Below, one piece after another: positions 21,693 to 32,548 of a stretch of 64,000 nt of DNA. Source of the stretch: Gammaproteobacteria bacterium (GTDB lineage Bacteria > Pseudomonadota > Gammaproteobacteria > JAJFKO01); contig JANQRR010000017.1 in the NCBI GenBank assembly GCA_028284465.1, positions 27,948-91,947 of the forward strand, read 5' to 3'. A model generated the notes under the pieces. That model was not told the DNA's origin and ran no database searches. It saw only the letters and a list, made by a program, of their open reading frames with translations. Numbering within the stretch: the first letter of the stretch is position 1; each line of letters starts with the position of its first letter. Both the position numbers and the translations under genes were made by a program.

Positions 21693-24600
21693 ATACATTA
21701 GCACTTAAAAAAGTATTATTACTCGGTTCAGGTGGACTGCGGATCGGTCAAGCAGGCGAATTTGATTATTCTGGTTCACAAGCAATAAAAGCATTAAAAG
21801 AAGAAAACATTGAAGTGGTGTTAGTAAATCCTAACATCGCGACCGTCCAAACTGATCCTAACATGGCAGATAAAGTGTATTTACAACCACTGAATTCTGA
21901 CATTGTCACTAATATTATTGAAAAAGAACAACCGGATGCGATTTTGCTAGGTTTCGGCGGACAAACTGCGTTAAACCTCGGCTTGAAGCTAGCTGATCTT
22001 GGTGTGTTGGCTAAACACAATGTTAAAGTGCTTGGTACTTCAACAAAGAGTATTAAGCTTGCTGAAGATCGCGCTTTATTCAAACAAGAATTGCAAACCA
22101 TCGAAATTAAAACACCCGTAAGCGTATGTGTTGATACGGTTGAAGATGCTTTAACTGCTGCTAAAGAGATCGGCTTCCCGGTAATGGTACGTTCAGGTTT
22201 CACTCTAGGTGGCATGGGTTCTGGGATCATCCATAATCCGCAAGATTTACGCAAGCTTGCGCAAGCGACGTTAAGCGGCGCGCCACATATTCTGGTTGAA
22301 GAATATTTATGTGGCTGGAGTGAATTTGAATATGAAATTATACGTGATGTTGATGGCAATACGTTAACAATTTGTAATATGGAAAACATGGATCCGATGG
22401 GCATTCACACGGGTGAAAGTATTGTCGTTGCTCCATCACAATCATTAACTAACGAACAATATCATTTCTTACGTAAAATCTCGTTAGATGTGGCCAATCA
22501 CTTTGGCATTATTGGCGAATGCAATATTCAATTCGCTTTTAACCTTAACACTGGCGATTACCGCGTTATTGAAATTAATCCGCGTTTATCGCGCTCCAGT
22601 GCTCTAGCTTCTAAAGCAACCGGTTATCCATTAGCATTTGTTGCCACTAAACTTGCGCTGGGTTATCGCTTACATGAAATTAAAAATTCGATCACGCAAA
22701 AAACCTGTGCTTTCTTCGAGCCTGCGCTAGATTATATCGTAGTGAAAATTCCACGCTGGGATACTCATAAATTAAGAGCAGCGGAGCGTTTCATCGGCAC
22801 CGAAATGAAAAGTGTTGGCGAAGTGATGGCGATTGGCCGCACTTTTCCTGAAGCATTGCAAAAAGCTGTCGGCATGTTAAATATTGGCGCGAATGATCTA
22901 ACCGATTATCCATATCCGATTGATAATCCTACCAATGAAATTGCGCATGCGACCGATCGACGATTATTTGCTTTATACAATTTCTTTAAAAATGGTGGCT
23001 CGACTGAAGAAGCACACACTTTATCAAAAATTAATTTATGGTTCTTGCACCATGTACACTCGATTGCCATGCTTGCTAAGCAATTAAACGAACAAACCCT
23101 TGATCAAAATCTCTTACTCGCAGCAAAACGCTTAGGTTGCACTGATAAAAGTATTGCTAAAATCACTCAACAAACTGAAGCTGATATTCGTCAATTACGC
23201 TTACAACATGGTATTACGCCATACATTAAACAAATTGATACATTAGCAGGCGAATTTGACGCGCAAACCAATTATTTATATTTAACTTATCATGGTTGTG
23301 AGCATGATTTAGCTCCATCGTCACAACCAGCCGTTATTGTGTTAGGCTCGGGGCCTTACAGTATTGGCTCCTCGGTTGAATTTGATTGGTGTGGAGTTAA
23401 CACATCACGCACTTTACGTCGCTTAGGTGAGCAATCCATTATTATTAATTCTAATCCTGAAACAGTTTCTACTGATTACGATGAATCTGATCGCTTGTAC
23501 TTCGAACAATTAAGCTTTGAGCGCGTGCAAGACATTGCAGATTTTGAAAACCTTAAAGGCATTATCGTTTCTGTCGGTGGCCAAGTCGCTAATAATTTAG
23601 CGCTCCCACTGCATGAAGCTGGCTATCCTATTTTAGGCACTGCGGCACAATCAATTAACCAAGCTGAAAATCGTCAATTATTTTCTTCTCTATTAAATAA
23701 ACTCCATATCGATCAACCCGCATGGAGTACTGCCGACAGCATTGACAACGCACAAGAATTTGCTGCACAAGTTGGTTATCCCGTATTAATCCGTCCGTCA
23801 TTTGTATTATCGGGCGCAGCGATGAATATTGTGTTCAACGATACCGAAATGCAACAATACTTAGAAGAAGCCTCACTGGTGTCACCTGATCATCCGGTGG
23901 TTATTTCTAAATTCATTCAAAACGCTAAAGAATTACAAATCGACGGGGTTGCTGATCATGGCAATGTGATCGTCGAAGCAATCTCTGAACATATTGAAAA
24001 TGCTGGCGTACATTCTGGTGATGCAACTATAGTGATGCCACCGCAACGGCTTTATCTCGAAACAATTCGCAACACTAAAAAGATCATGCGTAAAATTGTT
24101 AAAGCTTTAAATATTACAGGGCCATTTAACATTCAATTTTTAGCGAAAGATAATAAAGTACGCGTGATTGAATGTAACTTACGTGCCTCACGATCGTTTC
24201 CATTTGCTTCAAAAGTCGCAAATCATAATTTCATTGCCGTTTCTACTGAAATTATGTTAGATCGTTATAAGCCGGCGGCGTATGAAACCTTAGAATTAGA
24301 TTACGTCGGCGTTAAATCACCACAATTTTCCTATAATCGCCTCAAAGGCGCTAATCCAGTTGCGCATGTTGAAATGGCATCAACCGGTGAAGTTGCTTGT
24401 TTGGGCGATAATTTATTACAAGCTTTTTATCACTCTTGGCAAGCGACAGAAAAATTTATCGACCGCAAAAAAATCTTTTTGAGCATTGGTGGCGATAAGA
24501 AATCTACCTTATTAAACTATATTAAAAAATTAGCTGAACTCGATTGGGAGATCTTTACTACCGGCGGCACACATGATTTTCTGGCGGTAAATGGCGTTGC

Positions 24601-24886
24601 TTCACTGCATGTATTTAAAGCCAGCAAAAACATTGAACCTAGCGTCGCTAGCATTGTCGCACAGCGCAAAGTGGATTTGATCATCAATATCCCTAACAAA
24701 AACCGTAATTATAATCATCAACAAACATCTGATGGTTACCTGATCCGCCGTTTAGCTATCGATCATAACATTCCACTGATCACTAATTTACAAAGTGCAT
24801 TACTGACTTTGCAGTGTTTGACTGAATTAGATCCTAACGATTTAGCGATTAAATCGTGGCAAGAGTTTATAGGTGAAAATGCATGA
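21689..24886 (+). CDS. carB: Carbamoyl-phosphate synthase large subunit
   Basis: 1065 aa, duplicated ATP-grasp halves, MGS-like C-terminal domain. Confidence 0.95.
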   Translation: MNTLALKKVLLLGSGGLRIGQAGEFDYSGSQAIKALKEENIEVVLVNPNIATVQTDPNMADKVYLQPLNSDIVTNIIEKEQPDAILLGFGGQTALNLGLKLADLGVLAKHNVKVLGTSTKSIKLAEDRALFKQELQTIEIKTPVSVCVDTVEDALTAAKEIGFPVMVRSGFTLGGMGSGIIHNPQDLRKLAQATLSGAPHILVEEYLCGWSEFEYEIIRDVDGNTLTICNMENMDPMGIHTGESIVVAPSQSLTNEQYHFLRKISLDVANHFGIIGECNIQFAFNLNTGDYRVIEINPRLSRSSALASKATGYPLAFVATKLALGYRLHEIKNSITQKTCAFFEPALDYIVVKIPRWDTHKLRAAERFIGTEMKSVGEVMAIGRTFPEALQKAVGMLNIGANDLTDYPYPIDNPTNEIAHATDRRLFALYNFFKNGGSTEEAHTLSKINLWFLHHVHSIAMLAKQLNEQTLDQNLLLAAKRLGCTDKSIAKITQQTEADIRQLRLQHGITPYIKQIDTLAGEFDAQTNYLYLTYHGCEHDLAPSSQPAVIVLGSGPYSIGSSVEFDWCGVNTSRTLRRLGEQSIIINSNPETVSTDYDESDRLYFEQLSFERVQDIADFENLKGIIVSVGGQVANNLALPLHEAGYPILGTAAQSINQAENRQLFSSLLNKLHIDQPAWSTADSIDNAQEFAAQVGYPVLIRPSFVLSGAAMNIVFNDTEMQQYLEEASLVSPDHPVVISKFIQNAKELQIDGVADHGNVIVEAISEHIENAGVHSGDATIVMPPQRLYLETIRNTKKIMRKIVKALNITGPFNIQFLAKDNKVRVIECNLRASRSFPFASKVANHNFIAVSTEIMLDRYKPAAYETLELDYVGVKSPQFSYNRLKGANPVAHVEMASTGEVACLGDNLLQAFYHSWQATEKFIDRKKIFLSIGGDKKSTLLNYIKKLAELDWEIFTTGGTHDFLAVNGVASLHVFKASKNIEPSVASIVAQRKVDLIINIPNKNRNYNHQQTSDGYLIRRLAIDHNIPLITNLQSALLTLQCLTELDPNDLAIKSWQEFIGENA

Positions 24887-25812
24887 AAAACCCGTTCTAT
24901 TCCCGTGATTTAGTTTCCATCGCTGATTTTAATCTAACCGAAATCGAATTCTTATTAAATTATGCTGCTCAAATTAAACAAGACAAAATTGTGAAACCAG
25001 CAAGCGGAAAATTATTAGCGAGCTGTTTTTTCGAACCGTCGACACGTACGCGTTTATCATTTGAATCATCAATGTTAAAACTCGGTGGCCAAATCATTGG
25101 CTTTGCAGATCCGACTAATACGTCAGAGCAAAAAGGCGAATCACTATACGATTCGATGAAAGTGATCTCACCTTATGCGGATATAATTGTGCTACGTCAC
25201 CCACGTGAAGGTGCAGCCAGATTAGCTGCACAAGCTAGCGATAAGCCAGTGATCAATGCCGGTGATGGTGCTAACAAACACCCAACGCAAACTTTGTTAG
25301 ACTTATTCACCATTAAAGAATGCCAGGGCAACATTGACAATTTAAACATTGCACTAGTTGGTGATTTAAAATATAGCCGCACGATTCATTCTTTAGTGCG
25401 TGCTTGTGCGCTATATAAAACACGCTTCTTTTTCATTTGCCCGAACACTTTAATGATGCCTGAACATATCTGCCACTTTTTAAAAACCCAAGGCGTGCGT
25501 TTTTCATTTCATCAAAGCATTGAAGAAGTCATTAAGCACCTTGATATTATTTATATGACTCGTTTACAGAAAGAACGTTTTCAAACTCACGAATACGCTA
25601 TGATCCAGCAACAATTTACTTTGCAGCCAAATATGCTGGTTGATGCCAAAAAGAATTTAAAAATTTTACATCCACTGCCGCGGATCAAAGAAATTGACCC
25701 GACAATTGATGACACACCATATGCTTATTATTTTCAGCAAGCGGCTAATGCTTTGCCTGTGCGCCAAGCTATTTTAAGTGCAATTTTAAATGAGGACCTT
25801 ACGCATGGCTGA
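24883..25812 (+). CDS. pyrB: Aspartate carbamoyltransferase catalytic subunit
   Basis: STRTRLSFE...HPTQ...HPLP motifs. Confidence 0.9.
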   Translation: MKNPFYSRDLVSIADFNLTEIEFLLNYAAQIKQDKIVKPASGKLLASCFFEPSTRTRLSFESSMLKLGGQIIGFADPTNTSEQKGESLYDSMKVISPYADIIVLRHPREGAARLAAQASDKPVINAGDGANKHPTQTLLDLFTIKECQGNIDNLNIALVGDLKYSRTIHSLVRACALYKTRFFFICPNTLMMPEHICHFLKTQGVRFSFHQSIEEVIKHLDIIYMTRLQKERFQTHEYAMIQQQFTLQPNMLVDAKKNLKILHPLPRIKEIDPTIDDTPYAYYFQQAANALPVRQAILSAILNEDLTHG

Positions 25813-26251
25813 AATGTTATCGGTAACTGCAATTAATAATGGCATGGTGATTGATCACATCCCCGCAGGCCAAGCGATAAATATTGCGCAACTATTACAA
25901 CTGTCTAAACATCGTAAACGTATTACTTTAGGATTAAATTTATCAAGCAACACGATGGGTTTAAAAGATTTAATTAAAATTGAAAATCGCCAACTAACCG
26001 CCGAAGAATTAGCCCAGGTTGCAGTGTTTGCGCCTCAAGGTATTGTTAATATCATTGAGAACTATAATGTGATTGAGAAAATTAAATTACAACCACCAAC
26101 AAGTATTAGCAAAATTTTTACTTGCCCGAATCAATTATGTATTACCCACACAGAACCTGTTAATAGCGATTTTTATTTAGTGCATCAAAACCAAACGATC
26201 CAATTAACATGCAAATATTGCGAACGCAACTTCACACAAGGGTCAACATAG
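25805..26251 (+). CDS. pyrI: Aspartate carbamoyltransferase regulatory subunit
   Basis: GMVIDHIPAG...ITLGLNLSS...KIEN... and C-terminal CPNQLCITH...CKYCE zinc domain, collinear with E. coli PyrI. Confidence 0.85.
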   Translation: MAEMLSVTAINNGMVIDHIPAGQAINIAQLLQLSKHRKRITLGLNLSSNTMGLKDLIKIENRQLTAEELAQVAVFAPQGIVNIIENYNVIEKIKLQPPTSISKIFTCPNQLCITHTEPVNSDFYLVHQNQTIQLTCKYCERNFTQGST

Positions 26252-26258
26252 GATTATT

Positions 26259-27479
26259 ATGATCAATATCAAAAATGCTAACACTATCACTGGCGAACGT
26301 AAAAATCTCACCATCGATAGTGAACAAGACATCACTATTGATGCTAGTCATTTGACAATATTCCCTGGATTAATCGATCCACACGTTCATTTTCGTACTC
26401 CCGGTGAAGAACATAAAGAAAATTGGTGCAGTGCTGCAGCAGCTACTATTAAAGGCGGCTATACCACTGTTTGTGACATGCCCAATAATATTCCTGCGTG
26501 TGTTACCGCCGAGCGTTTACGCGATAAAGTTTCATTAATCGAACAACAATTAAAACAAGTTGATATTCCACTTAAATACCGTTTGTATTTTGGCGCGGAT
26601 AAAAATAACTTTGATCAGATCCATAAAATCAAAAATGATGTCGTCGGTATAAAAGTGTTTATGGGTTCTAGCACCGGCGATTTATTAATGGATGATGATA
26701 GTAGTTTACATGCGATTTTTGCCTTGGCTGCAGCCCATGACTTGCTAGTTGCCGTGCACGCTGAAGATGAAGATATGATCCGTGAACGCACTAAACAATT
26801 TGCTAGTGAAAAATCTCATCACATTCATTCATGCATTCGCACACCGGAAGTTGCCGCTGCTGCTGTGGCTAAAGCGACTAGCTTAGCGAAAATGTATGGC
26901 ACCCGTTTATATATATTGCACGTTAGTACCACCAATGAATTAGAGTTAATCGCTAAAGCCAAACAAGAACATGTACAAGTTTACGCTGAAACCACGCCGC
27001 ATCATTTATTTCTAAATACTAATGATTATCAAGCATTAGCTGGCAAAGCCCAAATGAACCCGCCATTGCGATCGCCTGAGCATCAAGATGCTTTATTCTC
27101 AGCGATTCATACCGGGCTTATTGACACTATTGGCTCGGATCACGCACCGCATTTATTAACAGAAAAAAATAAACCTTATGGCCAATGCCCATCTGGTGTG
27201 CCTGGGGTTGAAACTAACTTACCATTATTACTCAACGCACATCATCAAGGTTTATTATCATTAGAAAAGATCATCTCGTTAACGTGTGAACGTCCGCGCG
27301 AAATGCTTAATTTACCTGCCAATGATGACATCGTGTTAGTTGATTTGAATCATCAAAAAATGGTCAATGATGCTGAGCTGAAAACCAAAGCTGGTTGGTC
27401 GCCATTTCATGGTCGCACCTTAACGGGCTGGCCAATGATAGTGATTGCTAATGGCAAATATTATGATTTGGAAAATTAG
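26259..27479 (+). CDS. pyrC: Dihydroorotase (type I, allantoinase-like)
   Basis: PGLIDPHVHFRTPG...metal-binding His/Asp pattern; position after pyrBI. Confidence 0.8.
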   Translation: MINIKNANTITGERKNLTIDSEQDITIDASHLTIFPGLIDPHVHFRTPGEEHKENWCSAAAATIKGGYTTVCDMPNNIPACVTAERLRDKVSLIEQQLKQVDIPLKYRLYFGADKNNFDQIHKIKNDVVGIKVFMGSSTGDLLMDDDSSLHAIFALAAAHDLLVAVHAEDEDMIRERTKQFASEKSHHIHSCIRTPEVAAAAVAKATSLAKMYGTRLYILHVSTTNELELIAKAKQEHVQVYAETTPHHLFLNTNDYQALAGKAQMNPPLRSPEHQDALFSAIHTGLIDTIGSDHAPHLLTEKNKPYGQCPSGVPGVETNLPLLLNAHHQGLLSLEKIISLTCERPREMLNLPANDDIVLVDLNHQKMVNDAELKTKAGWSPFHGRTLTGWPMIVIANGKYYDLEN

Positions 27480-27481
27480 TA

Positions 27482-28492
27482 TTATTTGGGATCTATGATT
27501 TTTGCTAACATCATCGCATGCGCATCACCAGCATTCAACGCTGGAATATAATTGAATTGCTCGCCACCCGCTTGCATAAATAAATGTTTATACTCAATAG
27601 CAATTTCTTGCAACGTTTCCAAGCAATCGGTGGCAAACCCTGGGCAAATGATATCAACTGATTTTACACCTTGTTTGGCTAATTTTTTTAAAACATCATC
27701 ACAATAAGGTTGCAACCAAGGTTGCAAACCAAATCGCGATTGAAAAACCAATTGCCATTGATCATCATTTAATTGTAATTGCTTTGCAACATTCTTTGCC
27801 GTCATTAAACAAAAACAATAATAGGGGTCACCCGCTTGGCAATACGATTTCGGTAGCCCATGAAATGACATTAACAATTTTTCACTTTTACCATGTTGCT
27901 GCCAATGTTGATTAATACTCTTAGCGATGGCTGCAATATAATGGTTGTTATCGGCATAATGATTAATAAAATCAACTTTTGGGATCCAGCGCCAAGTTTG
28001 TAATTCTGCAGATACAGCGTCGAAAGTAGAACCTGATGTTGTCGCTGAATATTGTGGATATAGTGGCAGCACTATGATCCGGGTTGCATTAGCATCACGT
28101 AATGCTCGCAAGCCTTGTGGGATTGAAGGATTGCCATAGCGCATCGCTAATTCTACTTTAACTGGCTTGTCATCTAACGTTGTTAAATGTGAACTTAGTT
28201 GCTGCGCAAGTTGTTGTGAATAGACTAACAGTGGCGAACCTTGTTCGAGCCAGATCTGTTGATAGAGTTTCGCAGAACGCTTTGGCCGAATTCGTAAAAT
28301 AATGCCGTGTAATATTAACCACCACAACCATCGCGGTAAGCTAACCACCCGTGGGTCCCATAAAAATTCACCTAGATAGCGGCGTAATGCTTTTGCATTT
28401 GGCGCATCTGGCGTCCCTAAATTAATTAATAAAACACCGATGATTTCTTCGCGTCCATGCGGATCAATATCACTGCTTGTATAACGCGCCAT
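27482..28492 (-). CDS. hemH: Ferrochelatase
   Basis: IGVLLINLGTPDAP...LPLYPQYS ferrochelatase signature. Confidence 0.9.
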   Translation of the reverse strand: MARYTSSDIDPHGREEIIGVLLINLGTPDAPNAKALRRYLGEFLWDPRVVSLPRWLWWLILHGIILRIRPKRSAKLYQQIWLEQGSPLLVYSQQLAQQLSSHLTTLDDKPVKVELAMRYGNPSIPQGLRALRDANATRIIVLPLYPQYSATTSGSTFDAVSAELQTWRWIPKVDFINHYADNNHYIAAIAKSINQHWQQHGKSEKLLMSFHGLPKSYCQAGDPYYCFCLMTAKNVAKQLQLNDDQWQLVFQSRFGLQPWLQPYCDDVLKKLAKQGVKSVDIICPGFATDCLETLQEIAIEYKHLFMQAGGEQFNYIPALNAGDAHAMMLAKIIDPK

Positions 28493-28495
28493 AAA

Positions 28496-29044
28496 TTATT
28501 GTTGGATCCCCAATTGTTGATCGGTAAGTGGAATACCATAATTTCGATAATTATCGACAGCAATACATAAACCTTTTTCTTGCACCGTCATTTTACTATG
28601 ATCAGCATTTTTGCAATGATTTTCAACTTGTTGAATACGCTCTTGACGACGTTGCGCAATCGGTTTATTCAATTCTTCAGCTGTTGGCTGCTTAGGTGCG
28701 GGAAAAGTTGTCTTTGGTGCTGTCGTAGTTGTTGCTGTAGTTGGCGTCGTTGGTGTATTTACTGAAGGTGTTGCAACTGCTGGTTGTTGTGTTTGTGTTT
28801 GAGTTTGATTTTGTTGTGGTCTAATTGGCTGCTTGAGTTTTTGCTCTTGACGTTTTACATCTTGGGTAAAATTCTGATCGATATCACTTTGTGGATTAAT
28901 CTGATAAGCAGTAGATGCATTAGGATCAGTAGTAGAGTTAGTATTAGTGCTAGTGTTAATGTTGGCATTGGCATTTAAGCTTGCTAGAGCCAAAAAAATT
29001 GCAATTATTTGTACAAAAATAATTTTTGTGTGTTTTATTGCCAT
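28496..29044 (-). CDS. Secreted Thr/Pro/Gln-rich protein with C-terminal Cys-containing domain (start at MAIKHTK signal peptide)
   Basis: Signal peptide IIFVQIIAIFLALASLNANA, low-complexity TPTTPTTATTTTAPKTT linker, C-terminal CKNADHSKMTVQEKGLCIAVDNY. Confidence 0.5.
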   Translation of the reverse strand: MAIKHTKIIFVQIIAIFLALASLNANANINTSTNTNSTTDPNASTAYQINPQSDIDQNFTQDVKRQEQKLKQPIRPQQNQTQTQTQQPAVATPSVNTPTTPTTATTTTAPKTTFPAPKQPTAEELNKPIAQRRQERIQQVENHCKNADHSKMTVQEKGLCIAVDNYRNYGIPLTDQQLGIQQ

Positions 29045-29167
29045 GAGTGCTCTCCCTAATAATTTGCCCTCGTTATGAATTATATAATGAATTGTTAAAA
29101 CAGGTATTGTCAACTTTTATCTTGCTTATATAATACGTTATGCTTAGCTCAATAAAAGGAAATAATT

Positions 29168-30310
29168 GTGTTCACAAAAACTATCAAACAGTACGCTCAA
29201 GAATTATTAGGTGAAGTAGGAATTGCCATCAATGGCCCTAATCCTTGGGATATTAAAGTGCTTAATGAAAAAGCATATGATCGTATTATTCGCCAAGGCT
29301 CTTTAGGCCTCGGTGAATCTTATATGGATCATTGGTGGGATTGTGATCGCCTTGATGAATTTGTATTTCGCTTGATTAATGGTGATGTTGAAGCAAAAAT
29401 TTACCACCGTTTCGGCATTGTTTATAAGCTGCTGAATTATCAATTAATCAAACCATTGACTCGCTTAATTAATTTTCAAAACAAAACACGGGCGAAAGAA
29501 GTTGCTTATAAACATTATGATCTTAGCAATCAATTATTTTCATTGATGCTTGATCCACTCATGATTTATTCTTGTGCTTATTGGAAAGATAGCGATACTC
29601 TTGAAGATGCACAACTAGCCAAACTCGCATTGATTTGTGGTAAATTGCAATTACGTCCGGGAATGAAAGTGCTTGATATCGGTTGTGGCTGGGGCGGCTT
29701 TGCTCGCTATGCTGCACAAAATTATGGTGTATCTGTTGTCGGGATCACCATTTCTGAAGAACAACAAAAATTAGCGCGCCAGCGTTGTGCCGATTTACCC
29801 ATTGAAATTCGTTTACAAGATTATCGTGATTTGAATGAAAAATTTGATCGGATTGTATCGATTGGCATGTTTGAACATGTTGGCTTTCGTAATTATCGTG
29901 AATTTATGGAAATTTCCCAACGTTGCTTGATTGATGAAGGCTTATTTTTACTACATACCATCGGCCATAACCTCACTACATTTAGTGGTGATCCTTGGAT
30001 GAAAAAATATATATTTCCGCATGGTCAGATCCCATCAATTGCGCAGATCGGCGAAGCTTACGAAGGCTTATTAGTTATGGAAGATTGGCATAATTTTGGT
30101 GTTTATTACGATAAAACCTTATTATCATGGTATACAAACTTCAGCCAACATTGGGATGATATTAAAAACCAATACGATGATCGATTTTATCGAATGTGGC
30201 GCTATTATTTATTAGCTTGTGCCGGATTATTTCGAGCGCGCAAATTACAACTATGGCAAATCGTATTTTCTAACGGTGGCATGCGCGGCGGTTATCGCTC
30301 TATACGTTAA
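29168..30310 (+). CDS. cfa: Cyclopropane-fatty-acyl-phospholipid synthase
   Basis: VLDIGCGWGGFARYAA SAM motif, overall CFA synthase collinearity. Confidence 0.9.
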   Translation: MFTKTIKQYAQELLGEVGIAINGPNPWDIKVLNEKAYDRIIRQGSLGLGESYMDHWWDCDRLDEFVFRLINGDVEAKIYHRFGIVYKLLNYQLIKPLTRLINFQNKTRAKEVAYKHYDLSNQLFSLMLDPLMIYSCAYWKDSDTLEDAQLAKLALICGKLQLRPGMKVLDIGCGWGGFARYAAQNYGVSVVGITISEEQQKLARQRCADLPIEIRLQDYRDLNEKFDRIVSIGMFEHVGFRNYREFMEISQRCLIDEGLFLLHTIGHNLTTFSGDPWMKKYIFPHGQIPSIAQIGEAYEGLLVMEDWHNFGVYYDKTLLSWYTNFSQHWDDIKNQYDDRFYRMWRYYLLACAGLFRARKLQLWQIVFSNGGMRGGYRSIR

Positions 30311-31475
30311 CCACGCCTTTTTTATAACAAACTAAGGCTTTATTATGCTCGCCAAGCTGCTCGTAAATTTGGCCTAACTCATAATAACTTTCAGGGCGCG
30401 CAGCGGTTTCAATACTTGCTTCTAAGTAAGAACGCGCTTTACCCCATAATGCATTACGTTTTGCTAATCTACCTAATGTCAACAGCAGCACAGGATTATC
30501 TTTATGACTTCTATACCAACCTTCAGCAACCGACAATTGTTTTTCCGGATGATCTGATTGCGCTAAGCCATATAATTCAACTAAGTTGTCATTCCATTGC
30601 TTACGCAGAGTTTCACGTAAAATAGCTTCAGCATCGTTATGCTCACCTTTTTCAATCATCGCCCACACATAAGTATTAACAATATCTGTATCCATTTGTA
30701 AGTTTCTGGGTATTTTCCCCCAGGTTTTACGTAATTTTTCACTGTCACTTTGTTTGCGTGCTAATAATAATAATTCGTTATTCGCTTGTTTTTCTAATGA
30801 CAACAATTGTGATGATGGCAACACTTTATATTTACGACATTGTGGTAGTAACTCAATTAAACTTTTCCAATCATGCAAATTGACATAAAGTTTCTGTAAT
30901 AACTTTAAGACATGTTTATGATAGGGCACAATCGATTGCAAATGGCGTAACGTTGCTAAGCCTTGCTCTAATTGACCATGACGCAATTGCAACTCAGCTT
31001 GGGTTAAACCGACTGCAACTTCAGCTTCAGGCGTTGCTTGATGAGCTAATCTTAAATAATTATCGCGTCTTTCATAAGCACCTTGCTCTTGCGCTGCACG
31101 CGCAGCCGATAAATAATTTATTAATGGTGTTTTACTATGTTCTGCACTACGAATAAGAAAACGTTCGGCTTTAGCCCAATGACCTTCTGTTAATTCAATT
31201 AAACCTTGGCTAGTTTGCGAATGTGAACGGCGGAAGCGACGTTCTAAACCCCACAACTGAATACGATCAGACATTGAAGTGAAAAATTTAAACGTTCTTA
31301 AAATATAATAAATAATAATAAACAACACAACGATAATAACAAAACCAAGCCAAAGCGGCATTTCCACTGTCCATTTGGCATATGACATTAATAAGTAACC
31401 GGGATCTCGACTAATTTCAATCCCAACCCAAACTGCTAAAATTAAAACGATTAAAAATAAGATGGTTCGTTTCAT
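30300..31475 (-). CDS. hemY: HemY-like TPR membrane protein
   Basis: Two N-terminal TM helices plus TPR region; position after hemX. Confidence 0.7.
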   Translation of the reverse strand: MKRTILFLIVLILAVWVGIEISRDPGYLLMSYAKWTVEMPLWLGFVIIVVLFIIIYYILRTFKFFTSMSDRIQLWGLERRFRRSHSQTSQGLIELTEGHWAKAERFLIRSAEHSKTPLINYLSAARAAQEQGAYERRDNYLRLAHQATPEAEVAVGLTQAELQLRHGQLEQGLATLRHLQSIVPYHKHVLKLLQKLYVNLHDWKSLIELLPQCRKYKVLPSSQLLSLEKQANNELLLLARKQSDSEKLRKTWGKIPRNLQMDTDIVNTYVWAMIEKGEHNDAEAILRETLRKQWNDNLVELYGLAQSDHPEKQLSVAEGWYRSHKDNPVLLLTLGRLAKRNALWGKARSYLEASIETAARPESYYELGQIYEQLGEHNKALVCYKKGVVNV

Positions 31476-31486
31476 ATATTAAAGTC

Positions 31487-32548
31487 CTATGTGCTTATAT
31501 TCGTACTGGTGTCAGAATTTGTATTAGGGCTATGCAATAAACGATCGATCACTTTTAATGATGTTAAGGTCGGCAGCGATGGATTAACATCAATATCACC
31601 TAATTTTGTTAATTCTTGTAACACACTTGCTGCTGCTGGCTCTTTGTAAGCATAATAACGTTTAATTAACACCTCAGCTTGTTCAATGGTTTGTTTATAA
31701 ATCGCTTGTTGCTGATTGAGTGCAGCCCATTGCGCTTGTTGCAGTAATAAATGTAGATTCTGCGCTAAATAAAACTGTTGTTGCGGTGATAATAATGGAT
31801 TGATCGGTTGTTGGTGATGGCGCACAATCACTAATTTCTCTAACGTACGCCAAGTACTTTGTAAGCCGCTGCGCCAATCGATAGCTGATTTTGCTTGCGT
31901 AGTAGTTTGAGTTTGTTCTGGTTTTGCAGTTGGTTTTGTTGTTGTAGTTGCGGTGTCTATCTGGGCTAACTTCATCTCACTGATCTGAGTCTCCAGAGCA
32001 ATAAAGCGCTGTAGAATATCGGCTAAATTAACTTTAGGCACAGCATTTAATGCCGCAATATCGTTAGTAATCGCTTGTGCGGCATGCACGACATCGGCAC
32101 CAACTAAGCCTGCTAATTGTTGTTTCGCAGCTTCTAATAATTTAACGGCAAGCTGCGGATTATGTTGGATATCCACATTATAAGACGCTAACTGCACTAA
32201 ATAATGCGCCGCTGCTATTTTCCATCCATCACCAACATCGCGCTGTTGATGCTGTAATACCTGAACCATTTGCTGTTTATTCATTTTAATTTGTTGTTGC
32301 AATTGTTGTTGTTGCGTAACTATGCGTGCAAACGTACTCTTTTGCCCCGTTAACAAACTTCGTTGATCGGTAACATTCTTTTTCAACATCAACCAATTCA
32401 ACACACCAATGCCGCATGCAATTAAACTGACAAGCACTGCAAGCCCTGCGACGAAAGAAATCGTGCGGATCAAGCTACGTTGCCCGCGCTGTTGTTTATC
32501 CAGTGATTTTTCTGGCTGTTTATTGGCAGTTGTCGTTGGTTCACTCAT
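31487..32548 (-). CDS. hemX: HemX-like membrane protein
   Basis: Single TM after basic N-terminus, coiled-coil Q-rich body; between hemD and hemY. Confidence 0.6.
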   Translation of the reverse strand: MSEPTTTANKQPEKSLDKQQRGQRSLIRTISFVAGLAVLVSLIACGIGVLNWLMLKKNVTDQRSLLTGQKSTFARIVTQQQQLQQQIKMNKQQMVQVLQHQQRDVGDGWKIAAAHYLVQLASYNVDIQHNPQLAVKLLEAAKQQLAGLVGADVVHAAQAITNDIAALNAVPKVNLADILQRFIALETQISEMKLAQIDTATTTTKPTAKPEQTQTTTQAKSAIDWRSGLQSTWRTLEKLVIVRHHQQPINPLLSPQQQFYLAQNLHLLLQQAQWAALNQQQAIYKQTIEQAEVLIKRYYAYKEPAAASVLQELTKLGDIDVNPSLPTLTSLKVIDRLLHSPNTNSDTSTNIST